From Oscillospiraceae bacterium (GTDB lineage: Bacteria > Bacillota > Clostridia > Oscillospirales > Oscillospiraceae), in NCBI GenBank assembly GCA_015067795.1, contig SVLU01000013.1:1-57914 (forward strand): a stretch of DNA of 57,914 nucleotides. The letters run 5' to 3'. Within the stretch, counting starts at the first letter, position 1. Each line of letters begins with the position of its first letter. The position numbers were made by a program, and so were the translations under genes. Shown in pieces: positions 1 to 9,030 of the stretch. The notes below the pieces were generated by a model, which saw only the letters and a list, made by a program, of their open reading frames with translations, did no database searches and was not told where the DNA came from.

Positions 1-211
1 GCAAGTATGATATAATATCCGTTCCTTTCATACGCGAAGCGTATATCATCTGCGAAGCAGATATCATAGCGTCAGCTATATCACCCGTTCCAAAAGGAAC
101 GGATATCATTGAAAAAAGTCCCTTTTGTCAGTAGACAAAAGAGACTTTTTTCGTGCGAAAGACTACCTAAACGGAGCAGAATTGAGGTAAGAGTAAGCAA
201 AAGTACACCTA

Positions 212-625
212 TTATCTGTCAACTTCTGCTCGTTCGAATTTTATTTTGAATGTAAATTCCTCGGGATAAGCATCAAAATCTTGTAAATCAATTTCTAAAG
301 TATAGTATTCACCGTGATCAACAAGTCTGTCTGCTAACCACCAAACTTTTTCTCTGCCTTCTAAAGAAATACCCTCGGTTAGAATCCTATAATTGAAAAG
401 ACGAATCTCTTTCACCTCATTGTTATATAGCGCACCCTTTGCGTTAATTCTCAAGGTTATGAGGTTTCGATTGTATTTATTCTTTTCGCCAACAAATTTA
501 TTATAATCGAAGGGAAACTCAAATGATTCTGTACCTATAATACAAGCGTCATGTAAACCACTAATCCAATACCATTCCGGAGGATTGTCAGGGTAATTTG
601 AAAGATACACTTTACCTTTTGACAT
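212..625 (-). CDS. hypothetical protein (about 138 aa), no recognisable family
   Basis: ORF 212..658, trimmed to the internal ATG (MSKGKVYL...) just after the stop of the upstream gene. It overlaps the neighbouring gene, so the two are probably an operon. I see no motif I can name. Confidence 0.45.
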   Translation of the reverse strand: MSKGKVYLSNYPDNPPEWYWISGLHDACIIGTESFEFPFDYNKFVGEKNKYNRNLITLRINAKGALYNNEVKEIRLFNYRILTEGISLEGREKVWWLADRLVDHGEYYTLEIDLQDFDAYPEEFTFKIKFERAEVDR

Positions 626-968
626 CTTTATTCTCCTTTGCAGTATTGATGGAAGCAATTAAGATACGACGGATTGTTCCACACTGATTGTAAAGATCTA
701 TTGCTGTATCTCTATTCAGAATATCGGATTTCACAAACAATTCCAGCCAATATTCCGTTTCATAGCATTCCTTCAAAGCGATTTGTAATTTTGCAATAAA
801 GTCAGGCTTTCCGTGTGCGTAATTTGCTTCGTGAATGTTGGCACCGATAGATGTAGCAGAACGCTCCAACTGATTTACAAGGGAATAATGACCTTTGATG
901 GTTTCGCAGAGCTTAATGATTTTAACTGCAAAGTCTGTTGAAATATCCCGGAGTTTTGATTCAGTCAT
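612..968 (-). CDS. four-helix-bundle protein (TIGR02436 / 23S rRNA intervening-sequence protein family, Avd-like)
   Basis: 118 aa. Conserved features of this family include ...TSIGANI.EA... and the helical ...ALKECYETEYWLEL... stretch. Confidence 0.65.
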   Translation of the reverse strand: MTESKLRDISTDFAVKIIKLCETIKGHYSLVNQLERSATSIGANIHEANYAHGKPDFIAKLQIALKECYETEYWLELFVKSDILNRDTAIDLYNQCGTIRRILIASINTAKENKDVKR

Positions 969-1195
969 ATCACTACCGCCTTTCGTGAAATAAGTATATC
1001 ATAATTGTCAGGAAAGTTAAAGTGAAATATCCTTCGGATGTGAAATAATGACCCATGGTCATTGTGAAATATTGCTCCTTCGTCGCAATGTGAAATGAAA
1101 TAAATCCGCTCACGCCCGCAGGCATTTCACACGCCGTAGGCGTATTTCACGCACGAAGTGCATTTCACAAATCCCGCAAGGGATTTATTTCGTTG

Positions 1196-1236
1196 AAAAG
1201 AAACACCATTTGTCTACCAGACAAATGGTGTTTCTT
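1196..1236. terminator. rho-independent terminator (perfect 16-bp inverted repeat) downstream of tRNA-Leu, bidirectional
   Basis: gaaacaccatttgtct-acc-agacaaatggtgtttc, flanked by A/T runs. Confidence 0.7.
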
Positions 1237-1238
1237 TT

Positions 1239-1327
1239 CTGGTGCCGGTGGCGGGGCTCGAACCCGCACGATGTTGCCACCAAAGGATTTTGAGTCCTCC
1301 TCGTCTACCAATTCCAACACACCGGCA
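1239..1327 (-). tRNA. tRNA-Leu (anticodon CAA), class II with a long variable arm, CCA encoded
   Basis: Reverse complement reads tgccggtgtgttggaattggtagacgaggaggactCAAaatcc...gggttcgagccccgccaccggcacca. It has a T-loop GGTTCGAGCC, a 3' CCA and an anticodon loop ctCAAaa. Confidence 0.85.
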
Positions 1328-1433
1328 TATTTCTGAATAATTAGCTTATATATTATAAATCATACTGTCAATAATTTCAACAGTAAATTTACCGAGCGTG
1401 CCGATACATATATCGACACGCTCTGCTTTATCT

Positions 1434-3710
1434 TTACTTTCTCTCTATCATATCCCTGATACTGCCGCACAGCTCCTCTGCGGCTTCCATTGTGGTACAT
1501 TCGGCTGTAACCATCAGAGCCTCACGGTCAACAATTGGTTTGACTCTTGCGTACCCCTTATCAGAGCTGTACCAAAGTCCGGGACCACCATCACGGCAGA
1601 AACCATCATCACATGACAGCTTCCTCATTGCTTCTCCCCTTTTGCCCAAAATAACCACTTCTCTCGAGACAGTTGAAAAATTCGGCACTCTATCCGTCAT
1701 ATTCACAAGACTGCTATCAGCAAGCACCATGCCTGCCGCAATACGCAATGCCGCAAATATACCGTCACGAAGCCAGGGCTGCCCTGTAAAAACCGGCTCA
1801 GCCTCACGCTCTCTCCCCAGCCGCAAAACCTTTCTGCCATACCCTCCTGCAATATCGTCTATCACTTTAGGAGCTTCAAATGGCACAGCCATTCTGCCCT
1901 TTCCAAATTCCATTTCAATCAAACTCATAACGCACATAAGATGCTCCCAGTTCACCTCATGTCCCGCTTCGTTCTTTGCTCTCAGACGTGTACCTCCGTT
2001 ATACAATTCAAACACAGGCACACCATAGTTTATATCCACAAGCTCACAGCCCAAATCCAAAAGCAATTCCCGCAGAGTAAAGCTTTCCGGATTATCTCCC
2101 AGCACATTGAGCTTCATGTTTATCTTTTCCTGCCCAAGAGTGCTCAGACGCTTTGCCGCAGTACCGTACAGCTTCACTCCACCACCGATATGGTTTGCCG
2201 CCTCCGTGGACTCCGACGGCACAAGCTTTCTGCTTCCCGCAAATATTGCCTCCAATTTCCGCTCTGTATCTCTTGAAATGGGCATACCTCTTTCGTCAGT
2301 AAAGCTTATCATGGCAGCACCATCATTTTCATACACAAATACCGTGATTCCCATTCCGAGAGTGTGTCCCAAATACGCCGCACCTGCTGCAAAATCAATA
2401 TCCATCACAAAGCTTTCACCGCCGGCAGCACTCACACCACAGGAAATTGCCGAGGCAAGTATCTTGGCACTCGGTGTCTTGGCATGAGCAACGCCAACCT
2501 TGCCCATTTTCGCCGCCGCAGCTCCCAACGCAAAGCAAATCTCAGGTGTAATTGTGGAGTTGTACTCCCCTTCCATAATTCCTTTTTCCGAAAACTGCGG
2601 CCAGCTTCGCAAAGCTCCCGACACGATATTCCTGTTAACAAGCTGTCCTGCCTCTATCTTCTGCCGTGGCCATATTCTGACCTCCGGCATCAGCACCGCT
2701 CTGCCACCGATAATCGTCTCATTACCCACAACACAGCCCTCACCAAGCTTTGCACCGCTCATCGCCTGCGACCCCTGACACATTATGCTTCCGTCAACGT
2801 CACAATCATCCATGATACAAGCTCCGTCTATAACAGAATTTGCGGCCTTTGCATTTTTCCCAACGATACTGCCCTGTCCGATTACGGAGTAAGGGCCAAT
2901 CACCGCACCTGTGCCTACATGGGCATCGGGACTTATAAACACCGGTGGTTTTACGGTTATCTGTGGGTTTTGTGCCGCTGTGGCATAGATTTCCAGCGAA
3001 GTCTTGCCACCAAGCATATCCCGTGTGCATTTCAGATATGCCTTCGGACATCCCACATCGCACCAGTAGCCTTTTGCTTCAATTCCAAAAAGCGGGTAAT
3101 CCTCACTCAAGAGGGTCGGAAATACATCCTTTCCAAAATCCCACGGGGTTTCATCGGGTATTTTTGAAAGAATTCTGTTTGAAAAGATATAAATTCCGGT
3201 ATTTATAAGGTCGGTCTCAACCTTATCCCAGGATGGTTTTTCAACAAATCCCCGAATTCTGCTATCATCGCCTGTCACCACCAAACCAAATTCCAGTGGT
3301 TCAGGATGACTGTAAAGCACTATCGAGGCTTCAGATTTCAGCTCATAGTGCCTGTGAATACAGGCTGAAAGGTCAAAATCACATATCGAATCGCCTGAAA
3401 TAACAATAAAATCATCGTCACCAATGAATTTTTTGCACTGCTTTACGCTTCCGGCAGTCCCCATTGGCTTATCCTCAACCACACAGCTCACATTCACACC
3501 AAAGCCGTCATTTGCAGTTATAAAGCTCTCAATGGTCTTTGGCAGATATCCGAGGGTCAGACAGGCATCGTTGATGTTGTGTTTTTTCAATAATTCAATG
3601 GTGTATTGTATGATCGGTTTGTCGATTATTTTAATCATCGGCTTCGGACAGCAGGCGGTCACAGGCATCAGCCTTGTACCAAATCCTCCTGCCAGTATCA
3701 CAGCTTTCAT
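1434..3710 (-). CDS. sugar-1-phosphate nucleotidyltransferase (NTP_transferase plus left-handed beta-helix) fused to a phosphoglucomutase/phosphomannomutase-like domain whose active site looks degenerate
   Basis: N-terminus MKAVILAGGFGTRL (G-x-G-T-R nucleotide-binding motif), followed by hexapeptide repeats. The C-terminal roughly 400 aa resemble PGM/PMM, but FVYEND stands where the TASHNP phosphoserine loop should be, and LGDNPE where the DGDGDR Mg loop should be. The start is placed at the ATG after an AAGGAGG ribosome-binding site. Confidence 0.75.
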   Translation of the reverse strand: MKAVILAGGFGTRLMPVTACCPKPMIKIIDKPIIQYTIELLKKHNINDACLTLGYLPKTIESFITANDGFGVNVSCVVEDKPMGTAGSVKQCKKFIGDDDFIVISGDSICDFDLSACIHRHYELKSEASIVLYSHPEPLEFGLVVTGDDSRIRGFVEKPSWDKVETDLINTGIYIFSNRILSKIPDETPWDFGKDVFPTLLSEDYPLFGIEAKGYWCDVGCPKAYLKCTRDMLGGKTSLEIYATAAQNPQITVKPPVFISPDAHVGTGAVIGPYSVIGQGSIVGKNAKAANSVIDGACIMDDCDVDGSIMCQGSQAMSGAKLGEGCVVGNETIIGGRAVLMPEVRIWPRQKIEAGQLVNRNIVSGALRSWPQFSEKGIMEGEYNSTITPEICFALGAAAAKMGKVGVAHAKTPSAKILASAISCGVSAAGGESFVMDIDFAAGAAYLGHTLGMGITVFVYENDGAAMISFTDERGMPISRDTERKLEAIFAGSRKLVPSESTEAANHIGGGVKLYGTAAKRLSTLGQEKINMKLNVLGDNPESFTLRELLLDLGCELVDINYGVPVFELYNGGTRLRAKNEAGHEVNWEHLMCVMSLIEMEFGKGRMAVPFEAPKVIDDIAGGYGRKVLRLGREREAEPVFTGQPWLRDGIFAALRIAAGMVLADSSLVNMTDRVPNFSTVSREVVILGKRGEAMRKLSCDDGFCRDGGPGLWYSSDKGYARVKPIVDREALMVTAECTTMEAAEELCGSIRDMIERK

Positions 3711-3890
3711 TTTCGCGGCCTCCTTTTTTCTTTTAGTTTGCCGCAAAATGATAAAAATATGGCTTTATTTTATCAGCGTTTATAATAATCTTTATATCGT
3801 GTTTTTGCCCTAACATCTCCTTGAAATCCATATTTTCAACTGATTAAGTTTAAATTTAAGGAAAAATTTGCGACTTTTTCTTAATTACAG

Positions 3891-3919
3891 TTGATTTAAA
3901 GTGAATTTTCATATAGAAT
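3891..3919 (+). promoter_or_regulatory. sigma-A-type promoter, TTGATT-17-TAGAAT, inside a conserved 36-bp cassette (copy 1)
   Basis: acagTTGATTtaaagtgaattttcataTAGAATg. A near-identical cassette occurs at 16518-16553. Confidence 0.6.
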
Positions 3920-3996
3920 GTGTTTGAAAGATTTTATGGCTTTTAACCAGCTATACTTCAACAAAGATATCATTGATAAGGAGCATTACGATACCT

Positions 3997-5013
3997 ATGA
4001 ATAATGAAAAAATCTACGTTGTAGTTCCGGTATACAATGTTGAACCTTATCTGGAACGCTGTATTGACAGCATCTTAAATCAGACATATCAAGATTTTGA
4101 ACTGATTCTTGTGGATGACGGCTCTCCGGATAATTGTCCCGCCATCTGCGACCGCTACGCCGCAGAACACAAGAATATCACCGTTATCCACCAGGAAAAT
4201 GGTGGTCTGTCAGCTGCTCGAAACGCAGGCATTGATTACGCTTTTAAAAACGGCAATCCTGAACAGGATTGGATCAATTTCATCGATAGTGATGATTTTG
4301 TGCATCCAAAGTATCTGGAATATCTGTACAGGGCTGCAAAAGAGACAGGAGTGGAGATCAGTAGTTGTGGTTTTACTCGAACAGCGTCCCAAAATATTGC
4401 TTCTGCAGATATTGGTGCGTTTGAATTCGAAAATCTCACACCAGAAGAATATTGGCATAAACGCCGTATCAATGCAACTGTTGCTTGGGGAAAGCTGTAT
4501 AGACTGATTTTATTCAAAAGCATCAAATATCCTGTTGGAAAAATCCACGAAGATACCTTTACCACATGGAAATTGATGTTCCAGTGTTCTGAAATTACAA
4601 GCACTGAGGATCGTTTATATTGCTACTATATAAATCCTGAGAGTATCACCGCTTCGACTTGGACACCCCATCGTATGGCTGTTTTAGATGCATTGAAAGA
4701 ACAGATTGATTTTTTCGATCGAAACGGCTATTTAAAGGCACGAAAGCCTATCATTGAATTCTTATTCTGGACTAGCATCAAACAACTGATGCTTATTAAA
4801 GGGTTATCCCCTAAATATGATTCGCATATTCCAGAAATAAAAAAATGGCGCAAATACGCATTTACTCTTTATTCTCAAGAATTTGGGTTAATCCGCACTG
4901 TAGCTTATTTGTTTAATATACGAATTATTGATCCTGCAAAGCACATTTTGCGTAATGAATCTGTTTTCTCTTTTATGAAACGAAAGATTAAAAAGAAGCT
5001 ACACATAAAGTAA
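3997..5013 (+). CDS. family 2 glycosyltransferase
   Basis: YVVVPVYNVEPYLERCIDSILNQTYQDFELILVDDGSPD is a canonical GT2 N-terminus with the DxD motif. The ribosome-binding site AAGGAG lies upstream of ATG 3997. Confidence 0.85.
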   Translation: MNNEKIYVVVPVYNVEPYLERCIDSILNQTYQDFELILVDDGSPDNCPAICDRYAAEHKNITVIHQENGGLSAARNAGIDYAFKNGNPEQDWINFIDSDDFVHPKYLEYLYRAAKETGVEISSCGFTRTASQNIASADIGAFEFENLTPEEYWHKRRINATVAWGKLYRLILFKSIKYPVGKIHEDTFTTWKLMFQCSEITSTEDRLYCYYINPESITASTWTPHRMAVLDALKEQIDFFDRNGYLKARKPIIEFLFWTSIKQLMLIKGLSPKYDSHIPEIKKWRKYAFTLYSQEFGLIRTVAYLFNIRIIDPAKHILRNESVFSFMKRKIKKKLHIK

Positions 5014-5035
5014 TTTTCACAAGGCAAAAAAAGCA

Positions 5036-5065
5036 TCGGCAGAACTCAGTTGAGTTCTGCCGTTA
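5036..5065. terminator. bidirectional terminator between convergent genes
   Basis: ggcagaactcagttgagttctgcc hairpin. Confidence 0.65.
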
Positions 5066-5067
5066 AT

Positions 5068-5892
5068 TTATGCACGATTACACAGTGAGCGGTATTTATG
5101 CCATATGTAAACTTTATAGAACAATTTATCCCACTTTCTACGTACGATATTTGAAACAAGGATTCTGAGATGATGGTATTTTCCGTAATCCCAGGGCTTG
5201 TCTTTTCCGACAAAATGAATCACATGCATATCTTTGGATGTACATTTTTCTTTTCTGCACAGGTTTCCAATCCACGACCAGCAAATATTATACTTCTCGG
5301 AAACACACAATTCAGGATGATCTCTCCACTCAGGAAATGCCATCTGAAATACATCCTGATCACCGGCTTGTAAGCCTTTAGATTCCTTATATCTAATTGC
5401 TGGAATGACCAACGAAATCAATTTCTCATACAATGCAAGAGATGGTTCGAGTACCAACATCCCGGAATTCAGGCTGTGCCAATCATCATGCACACATTTT
5501 CCTCCAACCGTTGCTGTAAAAGAAGGACACCCAAACAGATGATCAATGTTTCTTGCCACCAGCATGTCAGAATCCAAGAGGATGATTTTTTCAAATTCCA
5601 CACAGCTTGCAGCTTGTAACTTAAAAAAAGTTGCACTCCAGTAGCTGTACTTTTCCTCCACAATAACATCCATTTCAGGTACCCTAACATTTTCCTTTGG
5701 CAAAAGATAGGTGCCCGGAATATCCAGAATACCGTATTCCCGAATTGCAGCCTCCAGAGAGTCCGCTTTTTCAACCGGAATCATTATTGCCAGATCGTAT
5801 GCGGATTTGACCTCGTGGAGAGATCTCGCCAGTGCCATCACACCGGGCAGGTATCTTTCGTTTGTTAATGCTGTCAAATAAACTAAACTCAT
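5068..5892 (-). CDS. family 8 glycosyltransferase (glycogenin / LPS glycosyltransferase-like)
   Basis: The GT8 motif ...ILLDSDMLV... is present, along with a DxD-like element and HF.G.DKPW near the C-terminus. The start is at MSLVYL, after a GGAG ribosome-binding site. Confidence 0.7.
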   Translation of the reverse strand: MSLVYLTALTNERYLPGVMALARSLHEVKSAYDLAIMIPVEKADSLEAAIREYGILDIPGTYLLPKENVRVPEMDVIVEEKYSYWSATFFKLQAASCVEFEKIILLDSDMLVARNIDHLFGCPSFTATVGGKCVHDDWHSLNSGMLVLEPSLALYEKLISLVIPAIRYKESKGLQAGDQDVFQMAFPEWRDHPELCVSEKYNICWSWIGNLCRKEKCTSKDMHVIHFVGKDKPWDYGKYHHLRILVSNIVRRKWDKLFYKVYIWHKYRSLCNRA

Positions 5893-5899
5893 CGTGTTT

Positions 5900-7018
5900 C
5901 TACGCTCCATTATACAGATGATAAATTATTCCGCTCATATTTTCTACTGAAAATTCGCTGACATCGTATTCTCCATCGTATCCAAGGCCTTTCTTGATTT
6001 CTTCGTTGATAGCTTCTGCCCAGTATGCAGCACCTTTTTCCAAAGGCAGGTATTGGATACCTCCGCAGTTCGCCTCTTTGGAAACGATATCAGAAGCCAA
6101 ACATTTCAGGCCCAGTGCTTGAGCTTCGATCAGCACAATACCAAATCCTTCGAAGGTAGATGGAAAAACAAACAGATCTGCTGCTGCCATGGCTTCGGGA
6201 ACATTGGTGTTGGGTGCCATGATGGACACATAGTTTTCCAGCTTTGTCTGTGCAATCCGTTCCTTCACCTGTTCCTGATATGCTGATACACTGCCTATCA
6301 TCGTTAAATGAACATTCTGATTATGTTTTGTCAGTTCTTCCATTACATCAACAAGGAACAACTGGTTTTTCTGCTCACTCATATTGCCCACGTGGAGCAG
6401 TTCGGTAGTCATGTTATTCCTTTTGTGAGCTTTTATGTTCTGAAACTCAGTCAGATCAATACCAATATGAACTACCTTGCCATAACCTTCGCCAAAGAAA
6501 TAGTCCACAACCTGCCGAGAGCAACCTACCATGTGGGTGGCAAAACGGTGAATTTTTTTGCGATTGTGTTGGTAAAGAGCTTTGTAAGCGGGATAAATCC
6601 GCTTTTTGCTGAGATTAGGATTCTCCGTATTATGTGCATGAGAAATACGCACAGGAATACCTGCCTTGTATGCCGCCTCCAAACACGCTGCAGCATCATA
6701 GGCATTGTGGCAGTGGATAGCATCATATGGGCCATGCTCACGGATAACATTTCTAATAATCTTCTGCAGCTCTCCATAACGGACAAAGGCATCCGCTTTT
6801 CTTCGCAAAAGCGTCCTTCCGGGATTTCGGAAACAGCGAATTATCTTCACTCCATACTGCTTTAGCTCCGGAGTATAATAATCCTTCACCTCATCCCAGA
6901 CCACGATATCAAAATCCACCTTGTCCTTCAGCGACCGGACAATACCCATGATTTGATTTTGAATACCGCCCTTGCCCAAATTATTGTAGGCAATAAGCAA
7001 CACCTTTAATTTCTTCAT
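5900..7018 (-). CDS. GT4-family glycosyltransferase (GT-B fold)
   Basis: N-terminus KVLLIAYNNLGKGGIQNQI. The C-terminal ...FVFPSTFEGFGIVLIEAQALG... is the GT4 E-x7-E region. Confidence 0.8.
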   Translation of the reverse strand: MKKLKVLLIAYNNLGKGGIQNQIMGIVRSLKDKVDFDIVVWDEVKDYYTPELKQYGVKIIRCFRNPGRTLLRRKADAFVRYGELQKIIRNVIREHGPYDAIHCHNAYDAAACLEAAYKAGIPVRISHAHNTENPNLSKKRIYPAYKALYQHNRKKIHRFATHMVGCSRQVVDYFFGEGYGKVVHIGIDLTEFQNIKAHKRNNMTTELLHVGNMSEQKNQLFLVDVMEELTKHNQNVHLTMIGSVSAYQEQVKERIAQTKLENYVSIMAPNTNVPEAMAAADLFVFPSTFEGFGIVLIEAQALGLKCLASDIVSKEANCGGIQYLPLEKGAAYWAEAINEEIKKGLGYDGEYDVSEFSVENMSGIIYHLYNGA

Positions 7019-7027
7019 GATACACCT

Positions 7028-8065
7028 TTACTGACCACGCAGGACCTTTTCTATTCGGAAAATTGCCTTTGCCGCATCATATGACCGATAAGAAAGAATA
7101 CTTTTCACGATCATAGGATCTCGCAGTTTAATATACCTTGTGGCAAGGTACTCCTTTTTGTACTGCTTTACCGCCATATCAAACCACTTATTTTCCAGGA
7201 ACACTTCCCTGAAAATCTCTTTTTTCTGCTCTTCATCCAGGCCGGACTTCATCAGCAGCCAGCCCAGGAAATTGCAGTAATCGGAAACACATCTTGCTCC
7301 GTAAGCCTGTGCTACATTCTCAGGCACGTTCCAAAGCTTCACGTATTTCCAGCCAAGTTCAATGCAGACACGAACGGCATGCCAGTAGTCCATATTTACA
7401 TTTGAGGTAATGCTGACAATGCTTCTTCTGTAAGAGTAAAGCACATCGGGAATGAAAACTATCCTTTTCGCCCTTGTATAAAGCTCGTAGCTTAGTATGG
7501 CATCATCACACATATTTTTAACACCAAGAGCATCATAATCCGTTTCAAAGTCCACAACAGAGCGCTTTATAGCCTTTGTCCACATATTATTGTACTTATT
7601 CTTCAGCAGGCGTTTTTTATAAATATCCTGCTTTCCGCCATTTTCATAAATCTGAATATCCTGAATATCAATTCCGGAGGGCTCTGTACGACCATCGGGA
7701 TAAAAAGACTCATAGTCGAACATGAGCATATCACAATCGTATTGTTCTATTGCTGCCACTATGGTCTGGAGATGATTTTCCTTGATGCAATCATCAGGAT
7801 CAACACTGACATACCAATCCCCCTTTGCCATAACAAAGCCGCGGCATCTGTTTTTTAGCACACCTTCATTCTCCTTGTGGATAACCCTCACGATATTTGG
7901 ATATGCCCGGGCATACTCGTCGCAAATCGTACCGCTGCTGTCCGTAGAACCGTCATCCAGCAGAAGCACCTCAAACTCCGCACCACTCTGGCTGAGAATG
8001 CTGTCCAGACACTGCCTTATGTACTTTTCAACATTGTAAACCGGAACAAGATAGGATATTAACAT
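7028..8065 (-). CDS. family 2 glycosyltransferase
   Basis: LISYLVPVYNVEKYIRQCLDSILSQSGAEFEVLLLDDGSTDSS. Confidence 0.8.
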   Translation of the reverse strand: MLISYLVPVYNVEKYIRQCLDSILSQSGAEFEVLLLDDGSTDSSGTICDEYARAYPNIVRVIHKENEGVLKNRCRGFVMAKGDWYVSVDPDDCIKENHLQTIVAAIEQYDCDMLMFDYESFYPDGRTEPSGIDIQDIQIYENGGKQDIYKKRLLKNKYNNMWTKAIKRSVVDFETDYDALGVKNMCDDAILSYELYTRAKRIVFIPDVLYSYRRSIVSITSNVNMDYWHAVRVCIELGWKYVKLWNVPENVAQAYGARCVSDYCNFLGWLLMKSGLDEEQKKEIFREVFLENKWFDMAVKQYKKEYLATRYIKLRDPMIVKSILSYRSYDAAKAIFRIEKVLRGQ

Positions 8066-8109
8066 ATTGAGTCCTTTCTGGCTTTGATTAGTACAACGTT
8101 TTGGTTAAA

Positions 8110-9030
8110 TCAATGTTTTCTCTTCTTTGGCAATTTAATCCATTCTCCCATTTGCAAGTTCCATTCATCCGGAGTAATTCTTGCAAAACCTGCTGAGTGA
8201 TAAAATGTTAATTCGCCAACATAGATTTTACCTTTAATTAGATAAAAATCCACTCTCAGATGAGGTATATCTTTAGATAGAATCTCTGCAAATTGTTTCA
8301 TTTTCTCAAAATGCTCCGGTTTTTGTGGTGCGATGTCCGCAGGGGGATCTTTTATCCGGATGGACAAATGGTTGAAATCCATATCAAAAAAATCTGTTCG
8401 AGGTTCTTTGCTGAAATCATTAGAAATATACATAATCTTTGCAGCACCATTAAAACAGAAAAACTTATAATCTGTCAGTCCTTCTGTACCGGAACCATCT
8501 TTCATATACTGCTCGCAAATGATTTTTCTATGTACATTTTTGTATGGCCATTCTCTTGAATTGAGATAAAAATTTTCCTGTAGTCCTTTTCTCAATTCAT
8601 TTCTAACTTCAGTATAATTCAACGTGGACTTATCTCGACAAATGCACATTCCTTTACCTGAATTGTGATTACACTTCAGTACAAACTGATCCGGCAAGGT
8701 ATCGAAATCTATATCATCTGGGTCATCCCCTACCCACAGTAAAGGAATCAGATACTCCTCGCCCAGTTTTTGGGCAATATATTCACGAACCCGATACTTA
8801 TCCACAAGTTGAGTGTATAACGGATTACGATCATACAGTTTCAGCCATTGTAATTTCTCGTTAAAGGTGACAGGATCCTTCAGGTTCAGTTTTTCTCCAA
8901 ATTCTTCTCTATACCTTTTCCTGATATACGCCTTATCTCCTGCATATTTATAATAAGCCAGATCCCGGTATTTCTTAATCTTTCTAAGCAACCAGTAATA
9001 TCGGTTTCTGATTTTCTGAATCAGTATCAT
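8110..9030 (-). CDS. ATP-grasp amidoligase, TupA-like (teichuronopeptide-type, adds an amino acid to a glycopolymer)
   Basis: About 300 aa with an ATP-grasp-like C-terminal half (...DFYLIKGKIYVGELTFYHSAGF...). The domain composition resembles the PF14305 family found in capsule and teichuronic acid loci. This is assigned from memory of the family and not verified. Confidence 0.5.
   Translation of the reverse strand: MILIQKIRNRYYWLLRKIKKYRDLAYYKYAGDKAYIRKRYREEFGEKLNLKDPVTFNEKLQWLKLYDRNPLYTQLVDKYRVREYIAQKLGEEYLIPLLWVGDDPDDIDFDTLPDQFVLKCNHNSGKGMCICRDKSTLNYTEVRNELRKGLQENFYLNSREWPYKNVHRKIICEQYMKDGSGTEGLTDYKFFCFNGAAKIMYISNDFSKEPRTDFFDMDFNHLSIRIKDPPADIAPQKPEHFEKMKQFAEILSKDIPHLRVDFYLIKGKIYVGELTFYHSAGFARITPDEWNLQMGEWIKLPKKRKH

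Noticed and set aside
1398-3208. Multiple 60-270-aa ORFs on both strands inside 1434-3710.
   Set aside because: All are embedded in, or antisense to, the nucleotidyltransferase/PMM-like gene and have no ribosome-binding site or homology.
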